Assembly: GCA_973895155.1 (NCBI GenBank)
Contig: OZ316894.1
Span: 12,006,828 to 12,070,827, forward strand
From: Marsupella aquatica
Taxonomy: Eukaryota > Plantae > Marchantiophyta
Length of the DNA stretch: 64,000 nucleotides
Direction: 5' to 3'
The notes under the pieces are model-generated. The model saw only the letters and a list, made by a program, of their open reading frames with translations, ran no database searches and was not told the DNA's origin. Positions 33,450 through 52,782 of this stretch are shown here, one piece after another. The stretch's first letter is position 1. Each line of letters begins with the position of its first letter. The translations under genes and the position numbers were made by a program.

Positions 33450-34670
33450 TGTCACTCTTCAAAATTGATAAACCTCCTTAACCCTGGACAAGTCATGCTT
33501 GATTTGGAAAAAAATTTCTCAAAAGGACTCATCAAATGAAGCTTCCATGGCCAGGGGCACTCCATGAAATTTGTACTTTATCTGTCCTTGACACTACTTA
33601 CCCTGCCCAAGACAGCATCCTCGGACAGCCCTCGAGGACAGTTTGTGTGATTTGTGGGAGTAAGTGCTATTTCAACATTTTGCTCAAAATGAGAAATGTG
33701 CACAAAGTCTCAAAAACAAATTGCAATGGGTGACCATAGAAAAAACAAACTAAAAGGTGGATGTGCTATAGGCCAATACAAATTTGTTGTTTATACACCC
33801 ACGTTAAAGTCCCCTATTTCAGATGACACTATGGTATTTATGTGAATTTGTTCAGTCAACAAGAATACATAACCCCTTAAGTATTTGTGTCTCACTATTA
33901 GTATTTCAAATTGTTCAGTCTTCTTTTGTCCAAAAACTCCTTCATAAGGAACCTGGTTTACTCTAAAAGCTTGAAGCCCTTCTGATTTGTAAGGCCTAGT
34001 GATCACAACACCATTTTATCATGTATTGAAATTGTGATACAGGGCATTCAATCCCTAAGAATGCCCTCTTTGGGCTGTTCAGGCCATTCTGCTTTCTCAA
34101 CCACTAAAATTAGCTGGATACATTTCAAGGAAAATTAGCTGGATACATAAGATCCAAGCATATAAAACAAATCCAGATTACTCCAGGTTAGCTATAGCAC
34201 TCCATTCTCCCAAATTCAAAATTCCTCTCCATGAAAGCCCTTTCGCTTTCATTTGGGACAATGCCCTCATGTGAGGGCGTTACCTTTATTATACTGGGTT
34301 TGCTTGCTGTGAGGAGTAAATATGGAGTCTGATAACTCCCCTTTTTAGGTCTCTTGTAAGCAGCGGCCATTGTCAAATGAAACTCCCAAACCCATACTAT
34401 CATGAATTTCTCATTCACTGCAAGACAAGCTTGGATGAACTGAGGGATTGTGTGTGAAGTTCACATGGACTGGCAAAGCGCGAATAGACTCAGACAACAC
34501 CTTTTACACTTTTGACCCAAATGTGTTATGTAACTTGTCTCATGACCTTTTGCAGCCTGTTTCAATTACTTTGCCTGGTGTTATGTAGCATCAGTTGCCA
34601 GTGCTCGAACAAGACTTGTTTGCCCTATCTCTCAAACTTTGTGTAAAACAAGTTTAGTGTTGCTATCATG
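33450..34670 (-). mobile_element. Highly decayed LINE (L1-like) ORF2 remnant
   Basis: Eroded minus-strand motifs occur in the expected order: DSNTK..RDRAN (GDxNTKFFH-like), YQTPYLL..SIIK..IVPNESERAF (YRPISL..Q.AF-like), KYL and GGLSI (GGLG-like). Confidence 0.5.
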
Positions 34671-34763
34671 TAGTTCACCGGAGGTGTCCTTTGTTACAGA
34701 ATGGTGTCCTGACTAAAGTATGCAGCAACAAAACAATGACTCAGACAGACCCAAACTACTCAG

Positions 34764-34900
34764 GGCGTCCTTCATAAAAGTGAAACATCCTTTCAAAAAG
34801 TGGTAATTTGGCATCCTTCACAAAAGTGAAACATCCTTTCAAAAAGTGGTAATTTGGCATCCTTCATAAAAGTGAAACATCCTTTCAAAAAGTGGTAATT
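34764..34900 (+). repeat. 3 x 46-bp tandem repeat
   Basis: GGCATCCTTCATAAAAGTGAAACATCCTTTCAAAAAGTGGTAATTT occurs three times. Confidence 0.9.
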
Positions 34901-34985
34901 GACTGCTTGAACCCAAAGTATTCAGGGTGTATATGGCCAACACTGAAAGGTGCTTTCCCAAAATTCTACGCAGCCTATCCCGTTT

Positions 34986-35163
34986 TCTTTCTGGGTGTAG
35001 ACTGTCTGATTGCTATACAGACTGGGGATGGACCAAGGCTTAGGGAAGTAGTTGACAAAGTAAGCAATTGGGGAAATCGGGGTGTTCTTTCTGGGTGTAA
35101 ACTGGCTGATTGCTTTACACACTCCATGGGGATGGAACAAGGCTTAAGGAAGTAGTTGACAAA
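34986..35163 (+). repeat. Diverged tandem duplication, ~100-bp period
   Basis: TTCTTTCTGGGTGTA.ACTG.CTGATTGCT.TACA...GGGGATGGA.CAAGGCTTA.GGAAGTAGTTGACAAA occurs twice. Confidence 0.8.
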
Positions 35164-35318
35164 ATAATCTTGAATGTCGGTTAATCTTAGATTCACTGAC
35201 AACCATTAGCTTCTGGCAAATGGGGTCCATGATTTGGTGGGCAACAGGCTGCCCGAATGGAATATCAAGAAGCAAGTTTTCCCCAAAAGTGGCAAACACT
35301 TTTTGGGGAGGTGGAATC

Positions 35319-35663
35319 TGTTAGGATTTACTCTTAGGTCTAGAGTTATGACTGTACCGTAGTTAAGGTTAACCTTAGTCATAGATTTGGTTAGGTTAGT
35401 CATGCTGTGCACACTCTATAACCAAGCGGTGTTTGCTTGGTGAGTGGGAACTCAGGCTCATTGTTACGGAGCTAGTTGAGAGATAGAGAGAGCTTGCGTT
35501 ATGGATGCTTGGAATGACGATCGGCCTAGAGTACAGTAAAGCTCTCGTGTGTTCCCGTGGACGTAGCCCTCATGTGGAGGTGAACCACATATCTCTCTGT
35601 GTCGACTCTTGTGCGTTGGATGGTTCATGGGCTTGTCGTTGTAATTGTTGTCTATGCTCAACA
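35319..35663 (+). mobile_element. copia solo LTR, same family as 9847-10220
   Basis: TGTTAG...CTCAACA flanked by TSD GAATC (35314-35318 and 35664-35668); the 3' half closely matches the LTR at ~10015-10220. Confidence 0.93.
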
Positions 35664-36896
35664 GAATCTGGCAAAATTAAGGTGGCCTGGTTCCATGAAG
35701 TTGAGTGCATATGCGTGCATCAACCATTTCCCAATGACAGCCCCATTCGATGACGTGTCCTTTTGAGTCAAGCATTCACTCAACTAGGCACATCAAAAAA
35801 ATATGAGATATAGTGTGCCATCATTCCATACCATGATAAACCTTGTTGTTTCTTTTAACTCAATGCATATACTAACACATTTTGATGTGTGATTCCAGAT
35901 TCATTCCTCGTCCTCTGTGAGCCGTACGATCCTTTGACCTGTCACCATCTCTGTCCACTTCGAAAACAATTACATTTTCTTCATGAACGCTTTTTCGTAC
36001 CTGTACCTCATCCAAACTCGGAGCCAACGCGTTCGCTCCATGCTTTTGCTTTTCCACGAGAGCATTCAATAATAAAGTGCGGTTCTTTCGATCGCATACA
36101 GCACTGACGATTCACACGGGATTGACAGAGAGTACTGCTAAACAGCGTTTGTGTCCTCCGTAGCGCCTGTACTGTCCTATGCTGTATGTACTGCTGTGCT
36201 GTTGTAGTTCCGGAGCACTGACCACGGATTCTAGCGATTCGACTGTTCCAGAGACGGAGCTTTTTTTTTACGGAGATTTTTTCTACAGACTGAATCACGG
36301 ATCGAGGAAAGTGAGGAAAGGAAGGAAAAGCGGGCATGATTGGAACCTTATCCGCGAAACATTCGAGTCCACTCCATAAAGAGGAGAGAGAAAGAGTATC
36401 TATTTTTTCCGTCGAAAGCCCTAATAGAATTATGCGGACGAGTTGGATTGGAGCCGTGGAGGTGGATGTTGTGAGTGATACGGAGTAATTGCTTTTGCAG
36501 GTTGGTGGAGGAGTCCGAATCGCTGTCTGTCTTGCGCGAAATCATGTAATACAGAGCGGAACTGGGAAGGAGGTACTACTGTACAGAGTGGAGGAGTGTC
36601 GTGTAGTAATCATAAGCGCAAGCGCCAGCAAAAGATTGTGTGAACAGAGGGTGAAACGTGAGGATTATAAGGAGTTCCATTTGTTTGGGGGGAGTGAGCG
36701 CCAGCATATGCGAATTGCTGTGTCAACTTACTGTCAAACGGAGGATTATAAATCGTAACGGGTAGTATTGGCTAGTGCTACCATTCTGAACTCTTGGGAA
36801 AGTGACCACCGGTTCCACCGGTTTTTTTTCTAGGATTGTCGACACGCGCGCGCACTGAGAGCTGAGGAGGAGAACTTGGCTTGGGTGTGAGCGAGC

Positions 36897-37199
36897 GTGT
36901 GCAGCGTACTTTAAACTTTGGATGTCCGTGGACTAGATTTGAGTGTGGGAGTCAGCGGGAATCAATCGAAGTGGATAAAGGTTGAGGGGAGGTTCCCCGA
37001 AGCATTATTTCGTATGACAGAGGAGAACCAAGAGTTGTAAGGTGAAGGACACAGGTACAATAATATCTCGCAGAAGCCAGTTATTTAGTTGATTGCAGAG
37101 AGGACATTGGGCGTTAGTGAGAGGAGAGGAATTACTATCAGGGAGGCAAGGGGAGGCAAAAAAGTGCAAAGGACAAATGTATCTGCCACCCTGGAAGGA
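36897..37199 (+). repeat. ~300-bp direct repeat, copy B2 (GDH 5' leader)
   Basis: Colinear with 20210-20511; ends ~120 bp before the GDH ATG. Confidence 0.95.
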
Positions 37200-37319
37200 G
37201 GAGGCGGACAGGAGTTGAAGGGCTGGGAGGGGGTCGTTGGAGAAGAGATAGAGAGAGGGAATTTCAAGGGAGGCAATATAGAGAGAGTTAGGGAGTATGC
37301 TAGCTCTTTCAACATTCAT

Positions 37320-44849
<7,530 letters not shown>

Positions 44850-46440
44850 GAAACGGATTATTCTAACACAATTATTCTTTGAACGGGACTGGAAGGTTGA
44901 ATCACTATGTTTGGAAGACCTCTACTGTCGCACAGGCAAGCTTTTATAGCTTGCTTCAGCTGAATTTGAAGACTGAGAGCAATTTATAGGGCTTCCCAGT
45001 TCCACATTTTTACTTGCAGCTGTGATTCTGCAAGGCTTTCCAACGGTGGGGCTTTAGATCAAAGATAATTGGATCTACCATCAATGGTAATGTACTCCAT
45101 ATATTGTTTGTTATACAATTAGAGAAGTTAGGAAGGTGATGAAGATTAGCTCTCCTTCCCGTCATCAATCCAGTCAGTTCTATTCCTGATTCATTTTTCC
45201 TTTTGTAGTTTTCATCATCCAGTACCCATTAGATTGGTGACTAGCTGTCAATATTGTAAGGGGACTGTGTTGAAATAGATTTTGACGTGTAAGGATGGGC
45301 TTTTGAAAAGAGAAGGCTGCATCATCCTTGAGCAAGTGTACATCATGTCATCGTGACTAAAGTTGGTTGTGGCCGAGGTTTACCATAAAATGTCTGACGT
45401 TGAAGTCACAAGGAGTCATAAGAGTGACAGGTTCCATGAGTGACACTGTATCTACTTTTTGCAGCTGTGGCAGTGAAGGGTGTTATTGCCTCTAATAGTT
45501 TCAGCGTTATGTCATTAAATAACACGTTGCCTAAGTGACTTTAGGGATTTTAAACGTCATCAGATCATCGAGAAAAGCTACTGCAACTTTGTTCAAAAGT
45601 TACTGCAATTGAAGAGGTGTCTAGTGATTCTTGTGTACGAAGTGCAGTATGGTTAATGTTATGAATACTTTTCTTCGATACTGACTACTGTTAAAGTTCA
45701 AGAAAATGGGCTCGGGATCCAGGTCTGTTTGCTGCCTGGAAGCAAGAAAAGGGTATTTGAGCTTACTTACGAAATTGGGGGACGGAATCCATATCTATTT
45801 TGCTGCCTAGAAACAAGAAAATGCCCTGTCACCTTTCTCAGATTCTGTTTGGCCCGGTCTTTGGTTCAATCCCTGCTCTACGCGCCAAATGTCCTTCCTA
45901 GTAATTATTTCAAAAATCAAATAACAAAATAGTTCAAGGTGTTCCCATCAAGCCAGTTGAGCTTTCCCTGTCGAAAACCATCCAGAAAAAGGGTGATTCA
46001 TTGTTTCGTTTAATGCCAGACACAGCAGGCCTTCGTGTCATTGGGCTGCATGGAAGCCATGTGGTGCTGAGACTTAGGACAAACAAGTGGACTTCCTGGG
46101 GCATCCACAGAGCTCATGGAATCCCAAGTCTTGGGACCAAAAGGGTGCAGAGGATTACTACATCCAGCAAGTCCATGTAGTCTGTGAGACTGAATAGGGG
46201 AGAAATGCTCCATCTTCCCTAAGCATCAAGAGCTAAGAGCACCCCCCACTGGTAATTACATTTGATTGACTGCACTTGTTGCATCCAGCCAGATGATCTC
46301 ATGAGAAGTTTTCCACCCTTGTGATTATGTAACCAAACCTCCACTAGATCTGTCAGGTCTGTCACAAAGTTTGTAATCAGCCCTGCATCTGTTCTCCCAA
46401 ACCCACCCAAAACCTGAAAATAGTCCCTGGTGGTAACTAC

Positions 46441-48441
46441 TAGTGTCGGGTGGGTATACTATCGCGGCAAGGTATAGCATCCAGGTAAAGGTAAGGTATT
46501 GCAAAACCTTACCTGCAGGTATTGACTTTTGATATACCTTGTGTAATACCTTACCTGGCAGGTATAGATTTTGCTATACCTGTATTAATACCTACACCTC
46601 CCATGTACAGAGGGAGGTATAGGCCAGGTATTGATTTATGGAAAAATACTTTAAGTAGGTGCAAGGGTTTGGGGAAGGAGTAGGGGAGAGGCCTCTTTCT
46701 CTCACAAAAAGGCAGATACTTATACTGTATAGTTGTAAGGGTTTGACGAGGGTGCAGGGGAGTGCCTCCCATTCACCCTCTAGGCCAGTTTGGGAACGTA
46801 AACTGTGACATGTTAGGTTCCTTTGGATCTAATTCATTAGTGGATGTTTATTCGTAGGTGTGCCAAGGTATGAGAGAGATTTCATCGAAAGCTATCCAGG
46901 CAACCCTTCAGAAGACCATCACTTGGACTAAGAAGTCAGGCAAGGGGAGGCAAGAATTGGACCTAGCATGTGTTGATGTGTGCTTGACACCATGCAGGTT
47001 GCAACCTCTGGTGAAAACTAGGTTTGCTAGCAAGTTGTCCTATTCCAAGAGACCCTTGCTTATAGGACCGCCATAAATGTTTGTTGTGGTCGACAAACAG
47101 CTGCTCTTGCTGCTCGAGTGCCACCCCCTACTACATGGACTGTTGCCAAAGCTGTCACTTCAGTTTTGAGCCCTGTGGTGACTCAGTGCATCTTGAATCA
47201 AACTCGAGGGTATTGGTTGTTGTCGGATGCTTTGCATGCAACCATAGGATTGAGCACAGATTTGAAAGTTGAGGTTGAAAGGAGAGCGTTGGTTTTCCCA
47301 ATCCCTATGGTTGGAGAGTTTGAGTCTAAGCTGATGATGCTTCATTCACAGATGGCAAAATAACGAAGCTTTGGCAGTCCTGAGGCCCTTTCTTTCATTT
47401 TGCCAAAGCTATTGCACTCATGCTGCACATAACATGGTATGCATGATGCTTGATCCTAGGTACAAAAATTTGCAAGACCTTATTAGGTACATAGGAATAG
47501 ATAGTGCTAAGGTGGGTGCTAAGGTCCTTGTGAGTCTTTTTGATGAGCATGACATCGTGCCAATGCTCATGGCTGCTAGTACATTTATGAGACCGGAGCA
47601 TGAGACTGTTCTAGATCCTACCCTTGGCGTACATGTGCATGCATCTTTGCTTGGGGAAGGTGCATGTTCACAAGATGCATTGCACCATGTGGGCAAGGCC
47701 GAGTTATTTATGTTTAGGCAAGTTCACATCCCATCGGGTGTGCCTCCCCTTGCTTGGTGGAAGGAAAATGAGAGGACTTACCCTGTAGTTGGATTTTTGG
47801 CTAGACAATTCCTTGGCATTCCTGGCTCCCAAATTGAATAGAAGCGCATATTCTCAATTGCTGGTGTGTTAGTACCTTTGTTGACTTAGGCTTTGGTTGG
47901 AAAATCTTGAGATGTTGGTGATGATCTCCAAGAATTGGCCAGATGATTGTAGGGTGGACACGGTTTTGGAGACGGCTAACATTGGTGACTTCTTGGCTAC
48001 GGAAGGTGATATCGTTGATGCTATCGAGGATGAGTTGCTTGATGCGGGATTGGTGGAGGAGGAGCCTTGACTGTAATATTTATTAGTTTTGATGGAAGCT
48101 GTCCCTGAAGTCGAAGCATATGTTATATCACCTAGTGTTATATGCAAATTCTGCAATTCAAAGGCGACTGATTTTTCTTGATAACATATTTGAGTTTGTA
48201 TTCAAATTTGGGTCAAAATTTGTTATTAGGAGTCTTAATTTACTATACCTTTACCTATGCCCTTACTACCCCAGTATGGCCCGCCCTAAACTGAGTGTAT
48301 ACCTATACACGGTCTATAATCTGAGAATTTGTTTTTTAATATACCTCTATATTTTGAATTTTTTGGGGGACCCTAAACAAGTCCACTATACCTTTACCTG
48401 GCTGGTAACTATAAGGAAAGCCTTATGCCCGCCCAACACTG
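46441..48441 (+). mobile_element. hAT DNA transposon, internally deleted and decayed
   Basis: 8-bp TSD GTAACTAC (46433-46440 and 48442-48449); 18-bp TIR TAGTGTCGGGTGGGTATA / CAGTGTTGGGCGGGCATA; AGGTA/TACCT-rich subterminal regions. Confidence 0.92.
46858..48070 (+). pseudogene. hAT transposase C-terminal remnant including the dimerisation domain
   Basis: VKTRF, MMLDPRYK and PLAWWKENERTYPVVGFLARQFLGIPGSQIE*KRIFSIAG; stops and frameshifts present. Confidence 0.9.
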
Positions 48442-51089
48442 GTAACTACACTGTTCATTGTGTTATGTAAAAATGAGTAACTTTGGTGAAAGTAATATTG
48501 AGTCCAAAGTAACAGTACGTAATTCTTGTCGGTTTTCAAAATAGTTGTTTTCCTTTTTATTTAAAGTCCTAGTAATAATGGGTGATATAAGAGTCCAAAG
48601 TAAGACTCTTCATTGTGGAATTTTCAGAATCTTTATTTCTCTGCTATTTTCCACTCTTGAGACCAAGGTAACACTAATTCACGGGTAGAACCCAAAAATT
48701 TCTACAAGTAACACTAATTACTGTGAACAGTGATCTAGTAATAGGTGAGATGCTCTAAGTGCCTTCAACTTCCCCTAGGAGGAAAGGAGCCCAAGCTTAA
48801 AAACTTTAGGGTGTGGATGTCATGAATGCCGTATCTTTACTCTACAAGTTATTTAGCATAGAGTAACCATTGTTGAGTTTCAATGGTTGGGAAATTGAAT
48901 GGTTGCAGAATATACATTGAACATTTGCTTAGTAATGTATGACTTTGCCAAATAATTAATTAGGACAAGCTTTGCTTGAAATTTCAGCCTTGTTCAAAAT
49001 TTCCATTGTTCATGTTTCAAAGAAAACTGGTATGGAGGTTCTTCCTGTCCCATTTGTCAATCCCACAGAATGGACCAAACTTTCTATGGTAGGAGTGTGG
49101 TTACGTAAACTCAAAGCACCTGTTGGTAACCAACTTAATATGGGAGCCCTATTTGTGGTCATAACCCAAGCTCTGTCCAAGATCTGTAGACCTGAGTTTA
49201 GGGACCCAAGTTAAGCTTAAATTTTTCATTCATATAATTTGATAAGCAAGGGAAGAGAAAATTATGATCTAGATATATGTAAGTTTAGGTTATATGTTCA
49301 CAACAATGTTTACCTAATATTTGCATATCCTCGATAATGATGTTCATTAACTTTGTCCATGGTAGCAATTTCCATTGCTAAAATTAAATTATGTCATTGC
49401 ATAAAGACTTTTGTAGCCCACGATAGGGTGTTTGAGGCCTTGGGGGTGATCCTAGCTTAATTTAAAAACCCATATTTGCTAAAGCAAAACTTTCAAAGAT
49501 TACTCTATATTTGCACGTTAAATATACTCTTTGCATTATAAATGTATATGTTTGGGAATGTTTTTAATATATGAGTCCGTTATACCTGCTTTTGCCTTCC
49601 TGCTTACGAAAATTTTGCAAATATCATACACATATATATATGTTTACTCACATGTTGTTCCTACAGATTTCCATAGTGGATCCCCCAAGATCTGAGGCAC
49701 AGTTCATTTCCTTAAATTTTACAATATATAATGGGAGTAAGCGCTTTCAATTTTCTAAGATGTATGTCCTTCAATTTCCTAAGATAAACCCTCCCTTCTT
49801 GCCAAAGTCTTTCCCCACCTGCTTAAACAGAAAAGAAAAGAAAAAAGCAACAATTGAAAAGGAAAAGCCCAAAGGGCGAAGGAAAAAACCAATTGCCCCC
49901 TCTCCTTCCCCCACTTTCTCCAGTCCCTCCCTTTCCTTAGCAAAAAGCCAAATAACTCAATGGCCTGCCCTTCCTTTTGCTCACTTTTGCTCCCCCTCCA
50001 CCCCCCCCCCCAACAATTTAAAAATAAAAATAAAAAGAATAAAAAGAATAAAAGAACCCACAAAGACACCAAAATGAAAAAATGTAAGCATCTCCACTCT
50101 TCATTCTTCATGTTTCAAAAGAAAAAGGAGCCCATGGAATCTATTTTCACAACCAACACTTAAATGTGCTCCACTAGTATGGTATTGTTTTTATAATTTC
50201 TCTAGAATTTTGTTCTTGTACATTTAGGCACTATTCTATGCTATAATTTTCTATTTCAAATTTGAAGTTAGTAAACTAGAAGAAGGAAACAGTACAAAAA
50301 CCATCACCATAAAACCAGAAAATCACAATAAACATGAGTATTTTAATTAAGGAAACTTTGGAAAATCATAGACACGGCACGACTCAACGTATCACGCTAC
50401 TGTATACTGGTATACTGTAACACACTGTAACACGTCATGATGAGCAGATGAGGCTTGCATGGCTACCATAGGAGCGACGGACGAATCAATCCTATACCGT
50501 AGTAGGGAGTTACCGTATGGTACATCCTCGTAACCATAGTAACCTCGTAAACCACATCTGGCAACCGTACCGGAGCTCACAGGGTGGTAACCGGGCAGTA
50601 CCTCTTGTCCGTCAGACTACTGTAGTACAGTTGAACTGCCACATCGAAAACATTCTTACATTTGGACGGATGCATTTGAATTTTTTTAAAAGATTATCTA
50701 CCTTTTATTTTCTTTATAAAAAATGGTTTTCATTTGAGTATGGTAATGGGAGCATGGTATAGGGATATCAAGTACCTTATGGTCGCCCTGCATAATTATA
50801 CAGGGAGGCATGCAAGGAACTTTCACATCCCATTATTGGACAATCATAGCATAAGTGTGAGTAAGACGAGTTTGGTTAATCCAGGCTGCTTGTATTTTGA
50901 ACGGACAGCAGAGATTAAATGACATGCAACATGTACATGAAAAGTATTAAAGTATTAACATCATGCAAATATTATTGAACAAAGTGAGGTAGTTCTGGCG
51001 GGTCCCAAAACTCACTCCTGGTGCTTGGCAAGAAACCCATCATCTAACTAATAGGTTATGAGCGAAAGGCACACTAGGGAGCGTGCTGT

Positions 51090-51178
51090 GTGGAGTTAAG
51101 CCTGTACACTGTGGAGCCTGTTGTCTGGAGTTAAGCCTGTAGACTATGGAGCTTGTTGTCTGGAGTTGAGCCTCTAGA
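51090..51178 (+). repeat. ~2.5 x 35-bp tandem repeat
   Basis: TGGAGTTAAGCCTGTA.ACT.TGGAGC.TGTTGTC is repeated. Confidence 0.8.
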
Positions 51179-51589
51179 CGGTGATTCCTGGGTGGTGGCA
51201 AGTAAATAGAATTAGGGAAAGAGGGGAGAGCAAGACTGGGTTTGAGCAAAGGCAGTCTAGCTAGGATATACTCAAATATACAAGGAAACATAGAGATGAG
51301 ACTGCAGGATATGCAAAGGAGACATTCATTCAGTCTTTAGTGTCAAAAGAGCTCTTTGGGAGCGCAAGAGGCTGGTGTGGCAGCTTCTGAAAAGGCTGAA
51401 GGGATATAAATCACTCCTCCTTAAAGGCAATGCTCCTGAACTTAGTTGTGAATTTTTTATTGTCGGTTTTGGGTAGACCTACGAACCCACAATGCGCTAC
51501 CAGGATGTTACTACATACCAACTACGTTGATCTTTCGTGGTTCGGGTAGAGAGACCTAGAGTGGTTTAATTACTGTAACCCGAGTAAGC

Positions 51590-51815
51590 AACCGGCTAGC
51601 GCCGGCCGGCAAGCAGCCCGGCCAGCCAGTCAGCCAGCCAGCTAGCAAGCAAGGGTGGGCGGGGGCGGGCGGTGGCGGGCGGTGGCGAGGGTTCCCGAGC
51701 CCGAGCCCGGGGCTACAGTCGTAGTCGTAGTTGTAATCGTAGTCATAGTCGTAGTCGTAGTCGGACTGTGGCTGCTGCCCTCTGCTTCGTTCGTTCATAC
51801 GTTCGTTCGTTCGTT
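51590..51815 (+). repeat. Microsatellite cluster (GCCA)n, (GTAGTC)n, (TTCG)n in a GC-rich region upstream of the ArfGAP gene
   Basis: Read directly: GTAGTC run at ~51717-51762 and TTCG run at ~51786-51815. Confidence 0.85.
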
Positions 51816-52782
51816 TGCGACCCTCGTCATTTGACTCGCTGGTTCTTTGTGTGCGACAGGAATGTGGTGGATCAGTGTGAGGAGAGTAGCGTCGTGTGTT
51901 CGCTCTTCTCCTCGAGTACAAATCGTGAAAGACGACCATACTCCATGTTGGTGTTGCTCTCCGTCTGGGAACGAAGAAAGCCACAGGAGTATCGATCAAT
52001 AATAGTCTCAGCAGCAGCAGAAGCACCAGGAGCAGTAGTAGCAAGAGTTGTTGTCGATCGGCAAGGCAGGCACCTGTGATCATCAGTTCATCACATCGCA
52101 ACATCTCTTCTTCTTGGTAGACTAGACGAGACGGGAAGGGACGAGCGGATTGTGCACTGTAGCAGTACAGCGGATCGAGCGGAAGGTCAGGCTTGGCTGC
52201 CTGGCTGCCTGCCAGCAAGCCTGCCGTTACTTCGGGAGGGGGAGGGCCGGGGGTTTCGGGGCCCGTCGAAGATGCGCCCGTAGTGGAGGAGGCGGGAGAG
52301 AGGGAGAGTCGGAGAACGGGAGAAAAGGTTGGATCATCTGGAGGCGAGGAGGTTTGAAAGCGAAGCTGGAGGAGGAGTTGCGGAGATCGGAGTATCAGGG
52401 CATCAGGGCAGGGGCGGGCGGGGCGGGATTGGAGTGGAATATGTGTAAATGGAGTGCGTGCATGTGATGGATGTGGATGATGTGGTGCCGAAGGTCGCAG
52501 GATCGATTTGTAAGGGTAGTGGTGATTTGTAAGGGTAGTGACCGAACTTTCCCTCCGATAGCGTGGAGAGCTCGGAAATTCGCATTTCCTCTTCTGTTGG
52601 TGCATCCGGCGAATCGATTACGCTGTCAGTCGGTGTGCTTGAAGACGAACGCGGTTTAGCAGAGTATAGTGTGGTGCTTGCCCCGAAAACATCGTCGTCC
52701 CAGGTGAAGGGCGCGAAAGGAAGGAAGGTTTGATTAGGTTAGTGAGTGCGGTCAGGCCGCAGGTGGAGCCAACCTTGGAAAG

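Noticed and set aside
51556-52605. 349-aa minus-strand ORF
   Set aside because: Low-complexity translation of microsatellites and GC-rich sequence (DYDYDY, poly-L) with no recognisable domain; likely antisense to the ArfGAP upstream region.
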